DNA of 64,000 nucleotides. Source: Coleofasciculaceae cyanobacterium. Lineage in GTDB: Bacteria > Cyanobacteriota > Vampirovibrionia > Vampirovibrionales > Vampirovibrionaceae. The translations under genes were made by a program, and so were the position numbers. The notes beneath the pieces are model-generated. The model worked only from the letters and a program-made list of their open reading frames with translations. It ran no database searches and was not told the origin of the DNA. Positions 21,456 through 33,328 of the stretch are shown here, one piece after another; position 1 is the stretch's first letter; each line of letters starts with the position of its first letter. The DNA lies in the NCBI GenBank assembly GCA_036703295.1, contig DATNPJ010000034.1:262451-326450 (forward strand). The letters run 5' to 3'.

Positions 21456-22184
21456 ATGGAATTTCGCTCCATCCATACGGTAGAAACCGCCGACCACATC
21501 CAACTGAAAGTGGAATTGGCCGGGCTGGCCAATCGGCTGTTCGCTTATCTGATCGACAGTCTGGTCATGATGTCCATGATGGGGGTTTTGGTGCTGGTGT
21601 TCACCTTGCCCGCCTTTCTCCGCGGGACGCCGGAGCTGAGCAAGACCGCGATGCCGCTGGGCATGTTCCTGATTATTTTTGGGTATCACCTGGTGCAGGA
21701 ATGGTTGTGGAACGGAAAAACCATCGGCAAGAACATCATGGGTATTCGGGTGGTGCGCAACGATGCGCAACCGATTGGTTTCTGGGAGTCCCTGGGCCGC
21801 AACCTGCTGCGGGTGCTGGATGTCTATGTGTCCGGCATCGGGTTGCTGGTCATGCTGTTCAACCCGGATGAAAAACGCCTGGGCGACTTTCTGGCCGGGA
21901 CCATTGTTATTAACGATCAACCGGTCCTCAAGCCGAGCCGTCCCCAATGGACTCCCCCCGAACCGGCGGCGGATGAGGGCATGCTGACCGCCGCCTGTCA
22001 GCTTTCCCCCGAGGAGGCTGAGCTGTTGAAGGCATACCACACTCGGCGGGCGGGCCTGTTTGCGGAATCGCGCCGCAAGATAGCCTCGGCGCTGTGTCGC
22101 TATCTCAGCGAGCGCCTGCATCAGCCGGTTGAAAACGAGGCGGCACTGGACGCCCTGCTGGCTGATTATGCCCGGCAGCGATAA
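21456..22184 (+). CDS. RDD family membrane protein
   Basis: LAGL.NR.FAYLID, GKTIGK..MGIRVV, LGRNLLR.LD, EKRLGD.LAGTIV; divergent from the SpoIIM-family gene. Confidence 0.85.
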   Translation: MEFRSIHTVETADHIQLKVELAGLANRLFAYLIDSLVMMSMMGVLVLVFTLPAFLRGTPELSKTAMPLGMFLIIFGYHLVQEWLWNGKTIGKNIMGIRVVRNDAQPIGFWESLGRNLLRVLDVYVSGIGLLVMLFNPDEKRLGDFLAGTIVINDQPVLKPSRPQWTPPEPAADEGMLTAACQLSPEEAELLKAYHTRRAGLFAESRRKIASALCRYLSERLHQPVENEAALDALLADYARQR

Positions 22185-22187
22185 CTA

Positions 22188-23657
22188 CTACGGGCCGTAA
22201 GCTGGAACCCGTGTGGCGTGTGCGGCGACGATGGCGTTCAGCTGGGCTTCCGTCACCGCTTCCACGGTGGCTTGCAGGATGGGCGTGAGCGCGTCCGGAT
22301 GTATGACGCTTAATGAAAGCACGGCGGGAGCCTGGGCGCCCAGCGGCAGCGGACTGGCCGTGCTGAAGGCAATGGCGAAATCTCCGCTGGTGGTGGCCAT
22401 GATGCTGCCCGTATTCCCGATTCCCAACGCTGCCCGCTGAGCCACCTGACGCAATGCCTGGGCATCCAGGGGCAAGTCGGTGGCAATCACCACGATTGCC
22501 GAACCTTGCCGGGACTCAGGGTGGGTTCCCGTGGTTGAGGGGCGGACGGCCTCATCGGCGCTATCGGCGGTTCTCATGCGCTCCACCGGCATACTCCACG
22601 AACGCTCTAGCGCTGTTTTTAGCAGCGGGTTCAGGGTGTTCAGCTTGCTGTGGTTTGCGTTCACCAGTACTCCGATGGTGTACTCCCGGTTGTTGACGAC
22701 CACCCGGCGGGAAGCCGAGCCGATGCCCGCATGCAACTCAAACGAACGCATGCCGGTTCCGGCGCCGACCCGTCCTTGGGGCACCACGCCGCTTCGGGCG
22801 CTCTCAATGGCCATAACGGTATCTTGCGCAGCCTGCACAGGTTCTTCAATCGTGTTGAAAAAGCCGTCCCAGCATTCGCCCACTACGGGCAGCTGACCTT
22901 CCCACTGGCCGGGATAATGCTGCGCGAAATACTCGAAAACCCCCTGATGGGCCGCACCGACCGCATAGGTGTTGGTAAGGATGATGGGTGAATTCAGAAT
23001 CCCGGCGGTTTGCAGCGGCCCCATGCCGGTGAGTTCGCCGTTGCCGTTCAGCATGACCGCCGAAGCCCGAAAGCCGGTGGTTGCCAAGTTCCCTTTGCCG
23101 CCGGTCAGCAGGGTCGCATCCGGCACGATGGCGGTGACCCCGGTCCGGATTTTGTTGGGGCGGTCCCGGTATAAACTGAGATGGCCGACCTGAATCCCCG
23201 GAACATCCGTAATGGCGTTGTACGCCCCAGTGGGAAACTGTTGCCAGTGCCCCGGAATCAGCCGTTCCGGACGGGTGGAGACGCCCATCACGATGGGATC
23301 GCTGCCTGCCGGAATCACCAGCAGTCGTAGCGAGTCGCCTTCGGGCCTTGGGCCTTCAGATGCAGGTGCGCCCGCCGTTGGTTCCACTTGCTGGGTGGGG
23401 CCTTGTTGTGTGATTGGCACCTCCGGCAGTTTATCCGGAAGGCTGGCCGGGCGTGTTTCGGTTTGCGCACCTGGGATTTTCGAGGCTGGTTTTTCCAAGC
23501 CCGCAGCAGGCGTTGGGTTGGCAGGGATAACCGATTGCCCCATCACGGGCGGGGCCGCGACTGTCACGCCAGCATTCAGCAGCAACGCGCACACGGCCAA
23601 CACGATGAGCGGTGCTGGCCGCCGTTGGAAACCGGCGGGCGGGGATGCTGTTTTCAT
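22188..23657 (-). CDS. secreted DmpA/P1-family aminopeptidase (Ntn-like, self-processing)
   Basis: NAITDVPGIQVGH, RTGVTAI, NGNGELTG, PVVGECWDG, GRVGAGTGM, G|SAIVVIATD processing site. Signal peptide plus Pro-rich linker. Confidence 0.85.
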   Translation of the reverse strand: MKTASPPAGFQRRPAPLIVLAVCALLLNAGVTVAAPPVMGQSVIPANPTPAAGLEKPASKIPGAQTETRPASLPDKLPEVPITQQGPTQQVEPTAGAPASEGPRPEGDSLRLLVIPAGSDPIVMGVSTRPERLIPGHWQQFPTGAYNAITDVPGIQVGHLSLYRDRPNKIRTGVTAIVPDATLLTGGKGNLATTGFRASAVMLNGNGELTGMGPLQTAGILNSPIILTNTYAVGAAHQGVFEYFAQHYPGQWEGQLPVVGECWDGFFNTIEEPVQAAQDTVMAIESARSGVVPQGRVGAGTGMRSFELHAGIGSASRRVVVNNREYTIGVLVNANHSKLNTLNPLLKTALERSWSMPVERMRTADSADEAVRPSTTGTHPESRQGSAIVVIATDLPLDAQALRQVAQRAALGIGNTGSIMATTSGDFAIAFSTASPLPLGAQAPAVLSLSVIHPDALTPILQATVEAVTEAQLNAIVAAHATRVPAYGP

Positions 23658-23773
23658 GCAGTGCCTCACTCTGGTTGGAATGCGTTCAAGCTGGGTTTTA
23701 CTCTCAGTTTAAAGCATTTTGAAGGGTTTTATACACTTCCGCGCTCCGATTTCGACCCCGGAACCCTCAAAGG

Positions 23774-25540
<1,767 letters not shown>

Positions 25541-25684
25541 GGGTCCCCTCCCTCGAATGTCTATTGAACAAATATGCCTCTATTTTAGAGGATTTCGCGG
25601 CGCTTGTGAGTAGTTTGCCCTTTAGATTCCGGCGGATAACGGAGGGATTCTTAAACCCGCGCTTGAAGCATCGGTTAGAATAGG

Positions 25685-26749
25685 ATGATGAGCGCAGTTT
25701 CGATCACAGAGGGTTCAACCGGCGCGGAGGCTTCTTCCCCGCAGCCTCTCATTCGCCTGGAGGGCCTGACCAAGCACTTCCCCATTCACAAGGGCTTTTT
25801 TGGCCGCAAAGTCGGCGAGGTGCAGGCGGTCACGGAGGTGGACCTCACCATCTTCCAGGGCGAGACCCTGGGGTTGGTGGGAGAATCGGGCTGCGGCAAA
25901 TCGACGGTGGGGCGTTGCATTTTGCAGTTGCTGCGGCCCAGCGGCGGTCATGTGTTCCTGGATGACCAGGATCTCACCCAACTGCCCAACCGGGCGCTGC
26001 GCTCCTTGCGCAAAGACATGCAAATCGTTTTCCAGAATCCCTATTCCAGCCTGGACCCTCGCATGACTATCGGGTCAACGCTGGCGGAGCCGTTGCAAGT
26101 GCATCATCTGTATCAGGGCAAGGCCCTGGAACAACGGGTTTATGAGCTGCTGGACATGGTGGGTCTCCCCCGGGATGCCTTCCGGCGCTACCCGCATGAG
26201 TTCTCCGGCGGGCAACGCCAGCGGGTGGGAATTGCCCGTGCCATTGCGCTAAACCCGCGTTTTATCGTGGCCGATGAGCCGGTCAGCGCGCTGGATGTTT
26301 CCATCCAAGCCCAAATTCTGAACCTGCTCGATGATTTGAAAAAGCAGTTCAACCTGACTTACCTGTTTATCGCCCATAACCTCAGCGTGGTGGAATATAT
26401 CAGCGACCGGGTGGCCGTGATGTACCTGGGCAAAATGGCGGAAATCGCGCCCGCAGCCCAGTTGTACCGGAATCCGTTGCATCCCTACACCAAGGCGTTG
26501 CTATCGGCCATCCCGGTACCGGACCCGGACGCGGATCATAGCCAGCGGATGTTGCTGCAAGGGGACTTGCCCAGCCCTTCCAATCCGCCCACCGGCTGCC
26601 GCTTCCATACTCGCTGCCCGTACGTAGTGGAAAAGTGCAAACAGGTGGTGCCTGAGGGCATCGAGTACCTGCCGGGCCACATTGCCTATTGTCATCGGGT
26701 GCCGGAGATTAATGATCTCCAAAAGCTGCGGGAGATGGGGGCTTCATAG
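25685..26749 (+). CDS. oppF: oligopeptide/dipeptide ABC transporter ATP-binding subunit (OppF/AppF type), no partner genes adjacent
   Basis: [41 protein letters not shown]-terminal GCRFHTRCP. Confidence 0.9.
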   Translation: MMSAVSITEGSTGAEASSPQPLIRLEGLTKHFPIHKGFFGRKVGEVQAVTEVDLTIFQGETLGLVGESGCGKSTVGRCILQLLRPSGGHVFLDDQDLTQLPNRALRSLRKDMQIVFQNPYSSLDPRMTIGSTLAEPLQVHHLYQGKALEQRVYELLDMVGLPRDAFRRYPHEFSGGQRQRVGIARAIALNPRFIVADEPVSALDVSIQAQILNLLDDLKKQFNLTYLFIAHNLSVVEYISDRVAVMYLGKMAEIAPAAQLYRNPLHPYTKALLSAIPVPDPDADHSQRMLLQGDLPSPSNPPTGCRFHTRCPYVVEKCKQVVPEGIEYLPGHIAYCHRVPEINDLQKLREMGAS

Positions 26750-26851
26750 AGGGGTATAGCGGCTGTTTGTAGGGCTTTGCGCTGCTGGGCGCAGGGGCGT
26801 CTTTAAGTTTTAACTTTTTTTAAAAAAACAAGGGTGAAAGCGCCTGAGGTC

Positions 26852-26878
26852 TAAAGTTTTCCTCCGGTTTGCCGATGC
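26852..26878 (+). promoter_or_regulatory. sigma-28-type promoter
   Basis: TAAAGTTT-N11-GCCGATGC with a perfect -35, upstream of the 69-aa ORF. Confidence 0.75.
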
Positions 26879-26954
26879 AAAAAATACAGTTCAATTCACC
26901 ATGTAGTAATAGAGTCGCAATATACAGAGTAGTATCTACAAAAGGAGCTCTATC

Positions 26955-27164
26955 TTGAAATCGCGTAAAGGAAACTGGGGAGAACTCTTTGGCTTCGATA
27001 ACGAGGAAGAAGAGTTCGAGGTCCCGCTTGGATTGGAAAACGCGGAAGGCGAAGGGATTGAATTTCTGGACGAAGCCCATGAAGCCATCAATCGCCTGAG
27101 CCAGAAGACCAACAAGCGTGGCAGGCTGATGAGACAACCCCGGCGCGCCGAGAGCTGGTATTAA
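26955..27164 (+). CDS. small protein with acidic N-half and basic C-tail (69 aa)
   Basis: AAAGGAG RBS 7 nt before the TTG start; sigma-28-type promoter upstream. Confidence 0.7.
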   Translation: MKSRKGNWGELFGFDNEEEEFEVPLGLENAEGEGIEFLDEAHEAINRLSQKTNKRGRLMRQPRRAESWY

Positions 27165-27370
27165 GTCATCCTTTACAATTGAATCAGATTGTTTTTCCAA
27201 AGGGAGTCGCAAGACTCCCTTTGCGCATGGAGGGCACAATTCCGCCCAGGTGTCGTCTTGGGGCATCGTCCCGGAGTTCTGGCTGTCCGGATGAGGGGAA
27301 AAATGCGGAAAAATCCCCGGTCTCCTTGTGAATCAGCTAGAATAGGCTTGTTGAATCGAAGAGGACGATT

Positions 27371-29218
27371 ATGCCCGGTATTGTGGGCCACTCGGAAGGC
27401 ATCAAGAAAAACCTGCTGCACCGGCTTGAAAAGCTCTATCAGCGGCGCATTAAAGGTGGGCAGGTGTTGTCTTACGATCTGTCCGAGGAACTCTGCGAGC
27501 TGTCGCTGGCGATTAAGCGCGAAATTACCCTGCTGATGGACCTCCAGGGGCGGGTCGATCTGGTCATTGTCGGGGACGCCGAGAGCTTGGACCAGATTCC
27601 CAACATCACGCTGCCGGATAGTACCGATGGCCTCAGCAAGCGGTATTGCCTGACCACGCGCCTGGGCTGGAAGCCGCCCGCGCTTGGCGACCGGGTGACC
27701 CTGCTGCAATTTCACTTCCCGGTGATGGCGGTACTCATGGCAGGCATGAATCCCAAGTTGCCCGGCGGTTTCAGCCGCCAGTTCGGGGAGCATCCCCATT
27801 TCTGCGATGCGGTTTATCTCCTGCATCCAGTGCTGCACGTCTACGAAGGAGACGGGCGGGCTGCCGTGCGCCCGGAAGGTGAAAGCCGGAGGGAGCAGGC
27901 AACCGGGCTAATTTCCAACTGCGAGGCGCTGGAACCCATGACCGCCCGGCAGGTGGCGGAGGAACCTCTGGAAAAATGGATTGAATGGGCCGAACCGGTC
28001 TTTGAGGGCAACCGCCGTCAACGCACACGGGAGACGGAGCGGGCGCTGCTGATGGGCATCCATGCCAGCGGGCGGGAAGCCGAAAGCACGCTGGAGGATT
28101 CCCTGGACGAACTGCGGCAACTGGCCAAGACCGCCGGGGCCGTGGTGGTGGATGCGGTCAGTCAGGTGCGTTCGTCCCCGGACCCCAACACCTATCTTGG
28201 TTCCGGCAAGGCGGAGGAGCTGGCGTTTCTCATCCAGCAACTGGGGGTGAATTTGGTGATTGCCGATGACGAGATGACCCCGGTGCAGCAGCGAAACCTG
28301 GAGCGCATTTTGCGGGTGAAAGTCATTGATCGCACCGAGCTGATCCTGGATATCTTTGCCCAGCGCGCCCAGTCCCGCGAAGGGAAAATCCAGGTCGCGC
28401 TGGCCCAGTTGCAATACGAACTGCCCCGGCTGAAAGGGCGCGGACGCATATTCAGCCAACAAACCGCCGTGGGCGCCAAGGGGGGCATTGCCACCCGTGG
28501 CCCCGGTGAAACCAAGCTGGAGACCGATCGCCGCCTGCTGCGGGAGCGGATTACCACGCTGGAAAAAGAGGCCCACGAGGTGGTGCGGCATCGCCAGTTC
28601 CAGCGCCAGTCCCGCAAGCGGTCTAATGTGCCGCTGATTGCGCTGGTGGGCTACACCAACGCGGGTAAGTCCACCCTGATGAACCGCCTGACCCAGGCCG
28701 ACGTGCTGGCGGAAAACAAGCTGTTCGCCACGCTGGACCCGACCATTCGCAAGTTGTACATTGGCCCGCCAGGCGAGCAGCCGATTGAAGTGCTGCTGTC
28801 CGATACGGTGGGTTTTATTCGCAAGCTGCCCACGTTCCTGATTAAGGCCTTCCGGGCCACGCTGGAAGAGGCCGCTTCCGCCGATCTGCTCTGGCACGTC
28901 TGGGATGTCAGCCATCCTGAGCGTCTGAGCCAGGCCCAGTCCGTTCACGAGGTGTTGACGATGCTGTGGGAGGATTTGGAGATTGAGCCGCCGCCGCTCT
29001 GGACCGTCTGCAACAAGATCGATCAGCTCTCTAATTCCGAAGCCGAGCTGCCGGTGCTGACCGCCGGGTTGGAGCAGGCCTTTCCGGTGTCCGCCCTGAC
29101 CGGTGAAGGGTTGCCGGAGTTGTTGGACGCTGCCCGCATTTATCTGCTGGAGGCGCGGAACAAACGGCGGGAAGATGCGACCATGGAGTTGGCCTTTGAT
29201 CAGAAATCATATGAATAA
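27371..29218 (+). CDS. hflX: ribosome-splitting GTPase HflX with long N-terminal extension
   Basis: IDRT.LILDIFAQRA.S.EGK.QV.LAQL.Y.LPRL, GPGET.LE.DRR, G1 GYTNAGKS, LFATLDPT, DTVGFI, NKID. The N-terminus (G...GIKK..L.RL.KLY.RR) resembles cyanobacterial long HflX. Confidence 0.93.
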   Translation: MPGIVGHSEGIKKNLLHRLEKLYQRRIKGGQVLSYDLSEELCELSLAIKREITLLMDLQGRVDLVIVGDAESLDQIPNITLPDSTDGLSKRYCLTTRLGWKPPALGDRVTLLQFHFPVMAVLMAGMNPKLPGGFSRQFGEHPHFCDAVYLLHPVLHVYEGDGRAAVRPEGESRREQATGLISNCEALEPMTARQVAEEPLEKWIEWAEPVFEGNRRQRTRETERALLMGIHASGREAESTLEDSLDELRQLAKTAGAVVVDAVSQVRSSPDPNTYLGSGKAEELAFLIQQLGVNLVIADDEMTPVQQRNLERILRVKVIDRTELILDIFAQRAQSREGKIQVALAQLQYELPRLKGRGRIFSQQTAVGAKGGIATRGPGETKLETDRRLLRERITTLEKEAHEVVRHRQFQRQSRKRSNVPLIALVGYTNAGKSTLMNRLTQADVLAENKLFATLDPTIRKLYIGPPGEQPIEVLLSDTVGFIRKLPTFLIKAFRATLEEAASADLLWHVWDVSHPERLSQAQSVHEVLTMLWEDLEIEPPPLWTVCNKIDQLSNSEAELPVLTAGLEQAFPVSALTGEGLPELLDAARIYLLEARNKRREDATMELAFDQKSYE

Positions 29219-29316
29219 TTTGCGGGCAGGCTGGCGATGGCCCGTTAAAAATTGATATACTGCCAGCACGAGGCACCCAGCATTCAGGACCAGAAGCAGT
29301 CAGGAAAGGAAAGAGC

Positions 29317-29724
29317 ATGGCCAGACCCGCTCATCCCTCCATCGTCCGAGCCCGCCAGATTGCCCGGTTGATGGATTCCGCCATTACCATTCCCATCATC
29401 CGCAAGAAAATCGGTTTGGACCCCTTGCTGGGTATGTTGCCGGTCGGCGGGGATGTGGTTTCCGCCCTGATGGCGCTTTACTTGATTTACCTGGCCTACG
29501 ATCTGCGCCTGCCCAACCACGTGCTGGCCCGGATGGGCGTGAATGTCGCGGCGGATATCCTGGTGGGACTGATTCCCGTGGTGGGAGACATCGCCGACAT
29601 GGTTTGGAAATCCAATGACATGAACCTCAAAATCCTGGAAGCCGCCTACCAGAAGCACGGCGTCGGTCCCCGTCGTGACGAACAGGGCCAAGTGACCGTG
29701 GATGTGGTCGCCGAACCGGCATAG
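29317..29724 (+). CDS. DUF4112-family protein
   Basis: ARLMDSAI.IP...KIGLDPLLG.LPVGGD, RM..NVA.D.LVG.IP.VGD..D..WK.N. Confidence 0.8.
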   Translation: MARPAHPSIVRARQIARLMDSAITIPIIRKKIGLDPLLGMLPVGGDVVSALMALYLIYLAYDLRLPNHVLARMGVNVAADILVGLIPVVGDIADMVWKSNDMNLKILEAAYQKHGVGPRRDEQGQVTVDVVAEPA

Positions 29725-29849
29725 GCTGCGCTGATTACCGAATAGCGCAATTTTTCTGCTAATCCTGTTTTTATTTGGTAGGTAGGTGATCTGGCAGTGG
29801 TGGTGTTTACACCGGCGTATGCTTTGGCATGGGAAAAGGAGTGAATGAT

Positions 29850-30218
29850 ATGGGATCCGTAGGAAACAGTAATGGTTATTTGGCGTCGGAAGCGCGGCGT
29901 TGCTACACGCAAGCGGCCCAAGTCAAGCAGATATTAGGCCGGTTGGAACCGGACTCTCCAGAGGCTCAGCAACTGAAGGGCAAATATGCTCAACTGCGCA
30001 TACAAGGCCAAACAGCTCAGCTTTTTGATAAGTTAGCCGCGCTGGACCCGTCTTCCGTTGAAGCGGGACTGACCAAGCTACAGATTAACCAGCTTCAGAC
30101 ACAAAGACAGGCCTTGGGCCTAGTATCGAATTTGGAGCCCGAGTCTCCAGAGGCGAATCAAATACTGACAAATATGCCCTTGCTGCAATGTGGCGCTAGC
30201 TTGAATGGGCTCGGCTGA
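29850..30218 (+). CDS. hypothetical protein with three LEP.S.EA repeats
   Basis: AAGGAG RBS 8 nt before ATG 29850; LEPDSPEA, LDPSSVEA and LEPESPEA spaced about 30 aa apart. Confidence 0.7.
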   Translation: MGSVGNSNGYLASEARRCYTQAAQVKQILGRLEPDSPEAQQLKGKYAQLRIQGQTAQLFDKLAALDPSSVEAGLTKLQINQLQTQRQALGLVSNLEPESPEANQILTNMPLLQCGASLNGLG

Positions 30219-30248
30219 TTGGGTCGGATCCGATAGTATAGCTGGATT

Positions 30249-31754
30249 TTAGTCGTCTTCGCCGAGGTGGTAGATCTTCAGCATGTTGGTGGCGCCCTTC
30301 AGTTGGGTGTTACCGGCGCAGAACACCACGCTATCACCCCGATGGAGCAGGTTGCGGGCTATGATGGCTTGCTCGCCGCTTTCCAACAGCTCGTCCGTGC
30401 GGTGCGGCTCTTCAATCAGCAGCGGAATCACGCCCCAAAGCATGCTCATCCGGTTGCAGACATCCGGCTTGGGTGTCAGGGCAATGATGGGACGGGCGGG
30501 CTTCAGCTTGGAGACCCGCTGGGCCATGCTGCCCGAGTTTGAGAAGACCACCAGCGCTTTCACGTTGGCCTTGCGGGAAGCATAGCTGGCCGTGTGGGCG
30601 ATGGCATGGTAAAAGTTGGGGGAAACCAGCCGACTTTCCTCGGCGGGACGGTCAATCTGGTGGGTGAAGATGTTGCGCTCGGCCTCGTGGATAATCCGGC
30701 CCATCATGGCCACGGTCTCCACGGGATGCTCGCCTACGGAGGTTTCCCCGGAGAGCATCAGCACGTCCGCACCATCAAAAACGGCGTTGGCAATGTCGCT
30801 GACATCCGAACGGCTGGGTTGCAAGGAATCGATCATGGATTCCAGCATTTGTGTGGCGATAATCACCGGCTTTTCAGCCCAGTTGGCTTTATCCACCAAT
30901 CGCTTCTGGGCAATCGGCACTTCCTCAGGCTTCAATTCCACGCCTAAATCGCCACGGGCCACCATCAGGCCATCGGCTTCACGCAGGATGTTATCGATAT
31001 CCCGCATCGCCTGGGGCTTTTCAATCTTTGCGATGACCGGCGGGCACTCCAGGCCCAGGTTTTTCACGTAGGTTTTCAGTTCAACGATATCCTGGGCGCG
31101 CTGTACGAAGGACAAGGCCAGATAATCAATGTGGCCTTGCTCGACCACCCGCTGCACGTCCGCTTTGTCCTTGTCCGTCATGGCGGTGATGGGCAGCATG
31201 GTGCCCGGAACATTGATGCCTTTACGGGCTTGCAGAGTGCCACCCTGGGTCACCCGGCACTTCAAAGTGTTCTGATTAACCCGTTCCAGGACTTCCAGAT
31301 GGATTTTTCCGTCATCGATCAGTACGGGTGCTCCCGGTTCCAGCGCGTCAACCAGCTCCTGGCTGGTGGTTGAGATCAGCCCCGGGCTGCTCTCGCGGGT
31401 GCGGGTGGTCAATTCCAACACGCTATCGACTTCCAGTGGGATAGGCTGATCGTTTTGCAGGTATCCGGTGCGCAGCTTGGGGCCTTGCAAATCGGCAAGA
31501 ATAGCTACAGGATGCTTCATTTCGGCGGTGACTTGGCGGATTCTGTCTGCCCGCGCCAGATGGTCCTCAATCGCGCCGTGCGAAAGGTTCAGCCGGAACA
31601 CGCTGACGCCAACCTCAATCAGCTGCCGGATTCTCTCGGGAGAATCCGTGGCGGGGCCTAGCGTGGCGATGATCTTGGTGCGGTTGATGTGACTCAAATC
31701 TTCGGTGATGGGCACATTAGGGCTGTGCGCTTGAGGGTTCATTACGGTGGTCAT
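30249..31754 (-). CDS. pyk: pyruvate kinase
   Basis: RTKIIATLGPA, FRLNLSHG, DLQGPKLR, IAKIEK, MVARGDLGVE, ATQMLESM, DVLMLSGET. Confidence 0.95.
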   Translation of the reverse strand: MTTVMNPQAHSPNVPITEDLSHINRTKIIATLGPATDSPERIRQLIEVGVSVFRLNLSHGAIEDHLARADRIRQVTAEMKHPVAILADLQGPKLRTGYLQNDQPIPLEVDSVLELTTRTRESSPGLISTTSQELVDALEPGAPVLIDDGKIHLEVLERVNQNTLKCRVTQGGTLQARKGINVPGTMLPITAMTDKDKADVQRVVEQGHIDYLALSFVQRAQDIVELKTYVKNLGLECPPVIAKIEKPQAMRDIDNILREADGLMVARGDLGVELKPEEVPIAQKRLVDKANWAEKPVIIATQMLESMIDSLQPSRSDVSDIANAVFDGADVLMLSGETSVGEHPVETVAMMGRIIHEAERNIFTHQIDRPAEESRLVSPNFYHAIAHTASYASRKANVKALVVFSNSGSMAQRVSKLKPARPIIALTPKPDVCNRMSMLWGVIPLLIEEPHRTDELLESGEQAIIARNLLHRGDSVVFCAGNTQLKGATNMLKIYHLGEDD

Positions 31755-32319
31755 TGACGATGGTCGAGCTCGAAACTAACGGAGCGGATAGACTCTTGGG
31801 CGTATAAGTAATTTGATACTGATCCGCCTTGGCCTCCGCGGGTACCATGAAAACAAAATAGCGCTCCAGTTGCAACCGCGGATACAAATTGGAGGACGCG
31901 ACGTCCATCAGTTTATCCTGGGCGGCTGTGCCGTAGGTCTTCCCGAACGGCATGGTGATGAACTTCTCGGCAGGCTGGGTGTAGCGCTCTTCCGGTTTTT
32001 CGGTGATATTTTCCAGCTTGAAGTCATCGGGGTTCAGCACGACGGTTTCATTGCCGTTATTCTTCATCAGGATGCGGGCGATCATGAACTGGCCATCGGC
32101 TGTTTTATCTCCGATGCTGGTCAGTTGATTGATTTCGGCCACTTCCATCTGGAGGGTTTCATCTTTCTGTTCGGCTGCCTGCTGGGTGTTGCCACCGGCA
32201 CAACCGCCGAGCATCAAGCCGCCGGTCGCCAGCAAGCCAATGCAACTCAAGGCCAGAACACCGGTCATCATACCGGAAACGATGGATGAAAATTTCTTTT
32301 GAGCGCTGAACAGGGTCAT
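31717..32319 (-). CDS. DUF4352-like lipoprotein
   Basis: Lipobox LGGC, then an Ig-like pattern (F.I..I.MKN.G.E...L...DFKL; YF.F.VP). Confidence 0.6.
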   Translation of the reverse strand: MTLFSAQKKFSSIVSGMMTGVLALSCIGLLATGGLMLGGCAGGNTQQAAEQKDETLQMEVAEINQLTSIGDKTADGQFMIARILMKNNGNETVVLNPDDFKLENITEKPEERYTQPAEKFITMPFGKTYGTAAQDKLMDVASSNLYPRLQLERYFVFMVPAEAKADQYQITYTPKSLSAPLVSSSTIVNDHRNEPSSAQP

Positions 32320-32389
32320 GGTCTCTCGCCTCTCACAAAAATGGGATCCTTGAATGGGGACTGTTTTGTTCATTCTACCAAAAACTCAC

Positions 32390-33328
32390 TCAGCGGTGGG
32401 CACAACCGCAAAGCTGGGACAGGGAGTCCAGTTTTTCCGCCTCGCAGTACGCGTGCAGTTCCCGGATCATCTGGTGGAAAATCATCGGATTGCGGAAGCA
32501 ACTCGTCCCGACCTGAACCAGGGATGCCCCGGCCATCAGGAATTCCAGGATATCTTCGGAAGTGGAAATCCCGCCAACACCCATGATGGGGGTTTCCGGA
32601 AAATGCTTGTGCAGGTTCCAGATGGCATGCAGGGCGACCGGTTTGATGCCTGGCCCGCTGTATCCGGCTGAAACGCGGGGCATGACTGGTCTCTTGCGGC
32701 GGATATCAATCGCCACGCCCAGCAGGGTATTGATGGCCGTCAAGCCCTGTGCGCCGCCTTCAATGGCCGCGCCGCCGATGGCGACGATATCAGTGACATT
32801 CGGGGTTAGTTTGGCAAAAACAGGCTTACTGGAGACGGCAACCACTGCCTGGACGGCTTCCCGGACGGAATCCGGCGCGCTGCCGAAGTGGACGCCACCC
32901 TTCTCCACGTTCGGGCAGGAGAGATTGAGTTCAAAGGCTTCGATTAGCTTCCCGCTGGGATGAGACAGCGCCGATGCTGCCATTTCGGCGAATTCCCGGC
33001 TGCTGTGGGCTGAAATGCTGAGAATGACTGGTACGTTACACGCCTTCAGGGCGGGAATGTCTTTTTCCAGGCTGTAAGCCAGGCCCGGATTTTGCAGGCC
33101 GATGCTGTTCAGCATCCCGATGCCGGGTAGTTCCGTGGTGCGAGGTTGCGGATTTCCGGCCAGCGGTTCGCGGGTGACGGTTTTGGTGACAATCCCGCCC
33201 AGGGCGCTGTCTAATGGGTAAAGTTCGTTGAACAGCGGCGCGTTAAAAGCACCGGAGGCATTCAACAGCGGGCTGGTAAGCCGAATCCCGGCCACGGTCG
33301 TGGCGAGTGCAGGCGCTAGAGCGGGCAT
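32390..33328 (-). CDS. pyrD: dihydroorotate dehydrogenase B, catalytic subunit
   Basis: LNASG, GN..PR..E, MLNSIGLQNPG, ELNLSCPN, KLTPN, AINT, GYSGPGIKP, VQVGT. GAGGAG RBS before ATG 33328. Confidence 0.93.
   Translation of the reverse strand: MPALAPALATTVAGIRLTSPLLNASGAFNAPLFNELYPLDSALGGIVTKTVTREPLAGNPQPRTTELPGIGMLNSIGLQNPGLAYSLEKDIPALKACNVPVILSISAHSSREFAEMAASALSHPSGKLIEAFELNLSCPNVEKGGVHFGSAPDSVREAVQAVVAVSSKPVFAKLTPNVTDIVAIGGAAIEGGAQGLTAINTLLGVAIDIRRKRPVMPRVSAGYSGPGIKPVALHAIWNLHKHFPETPIMGVGGISTSEDILEFLMAGASLVQVGTSCFRNPMIFHQMIRELHAYCEAEKLDSLSQLCGCAHR

Noticed and set aside
21321-22121. N-terminal 267 aa of the 593-aa ORF 20340-22121
   Set aside because: Antisense to the RDD gene; SpoIIM similarity begins at MMKRWF (21320). 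The same applies to the over-extended starts of ORFs 35144-36688, 12914-14650 and 5900-6886.
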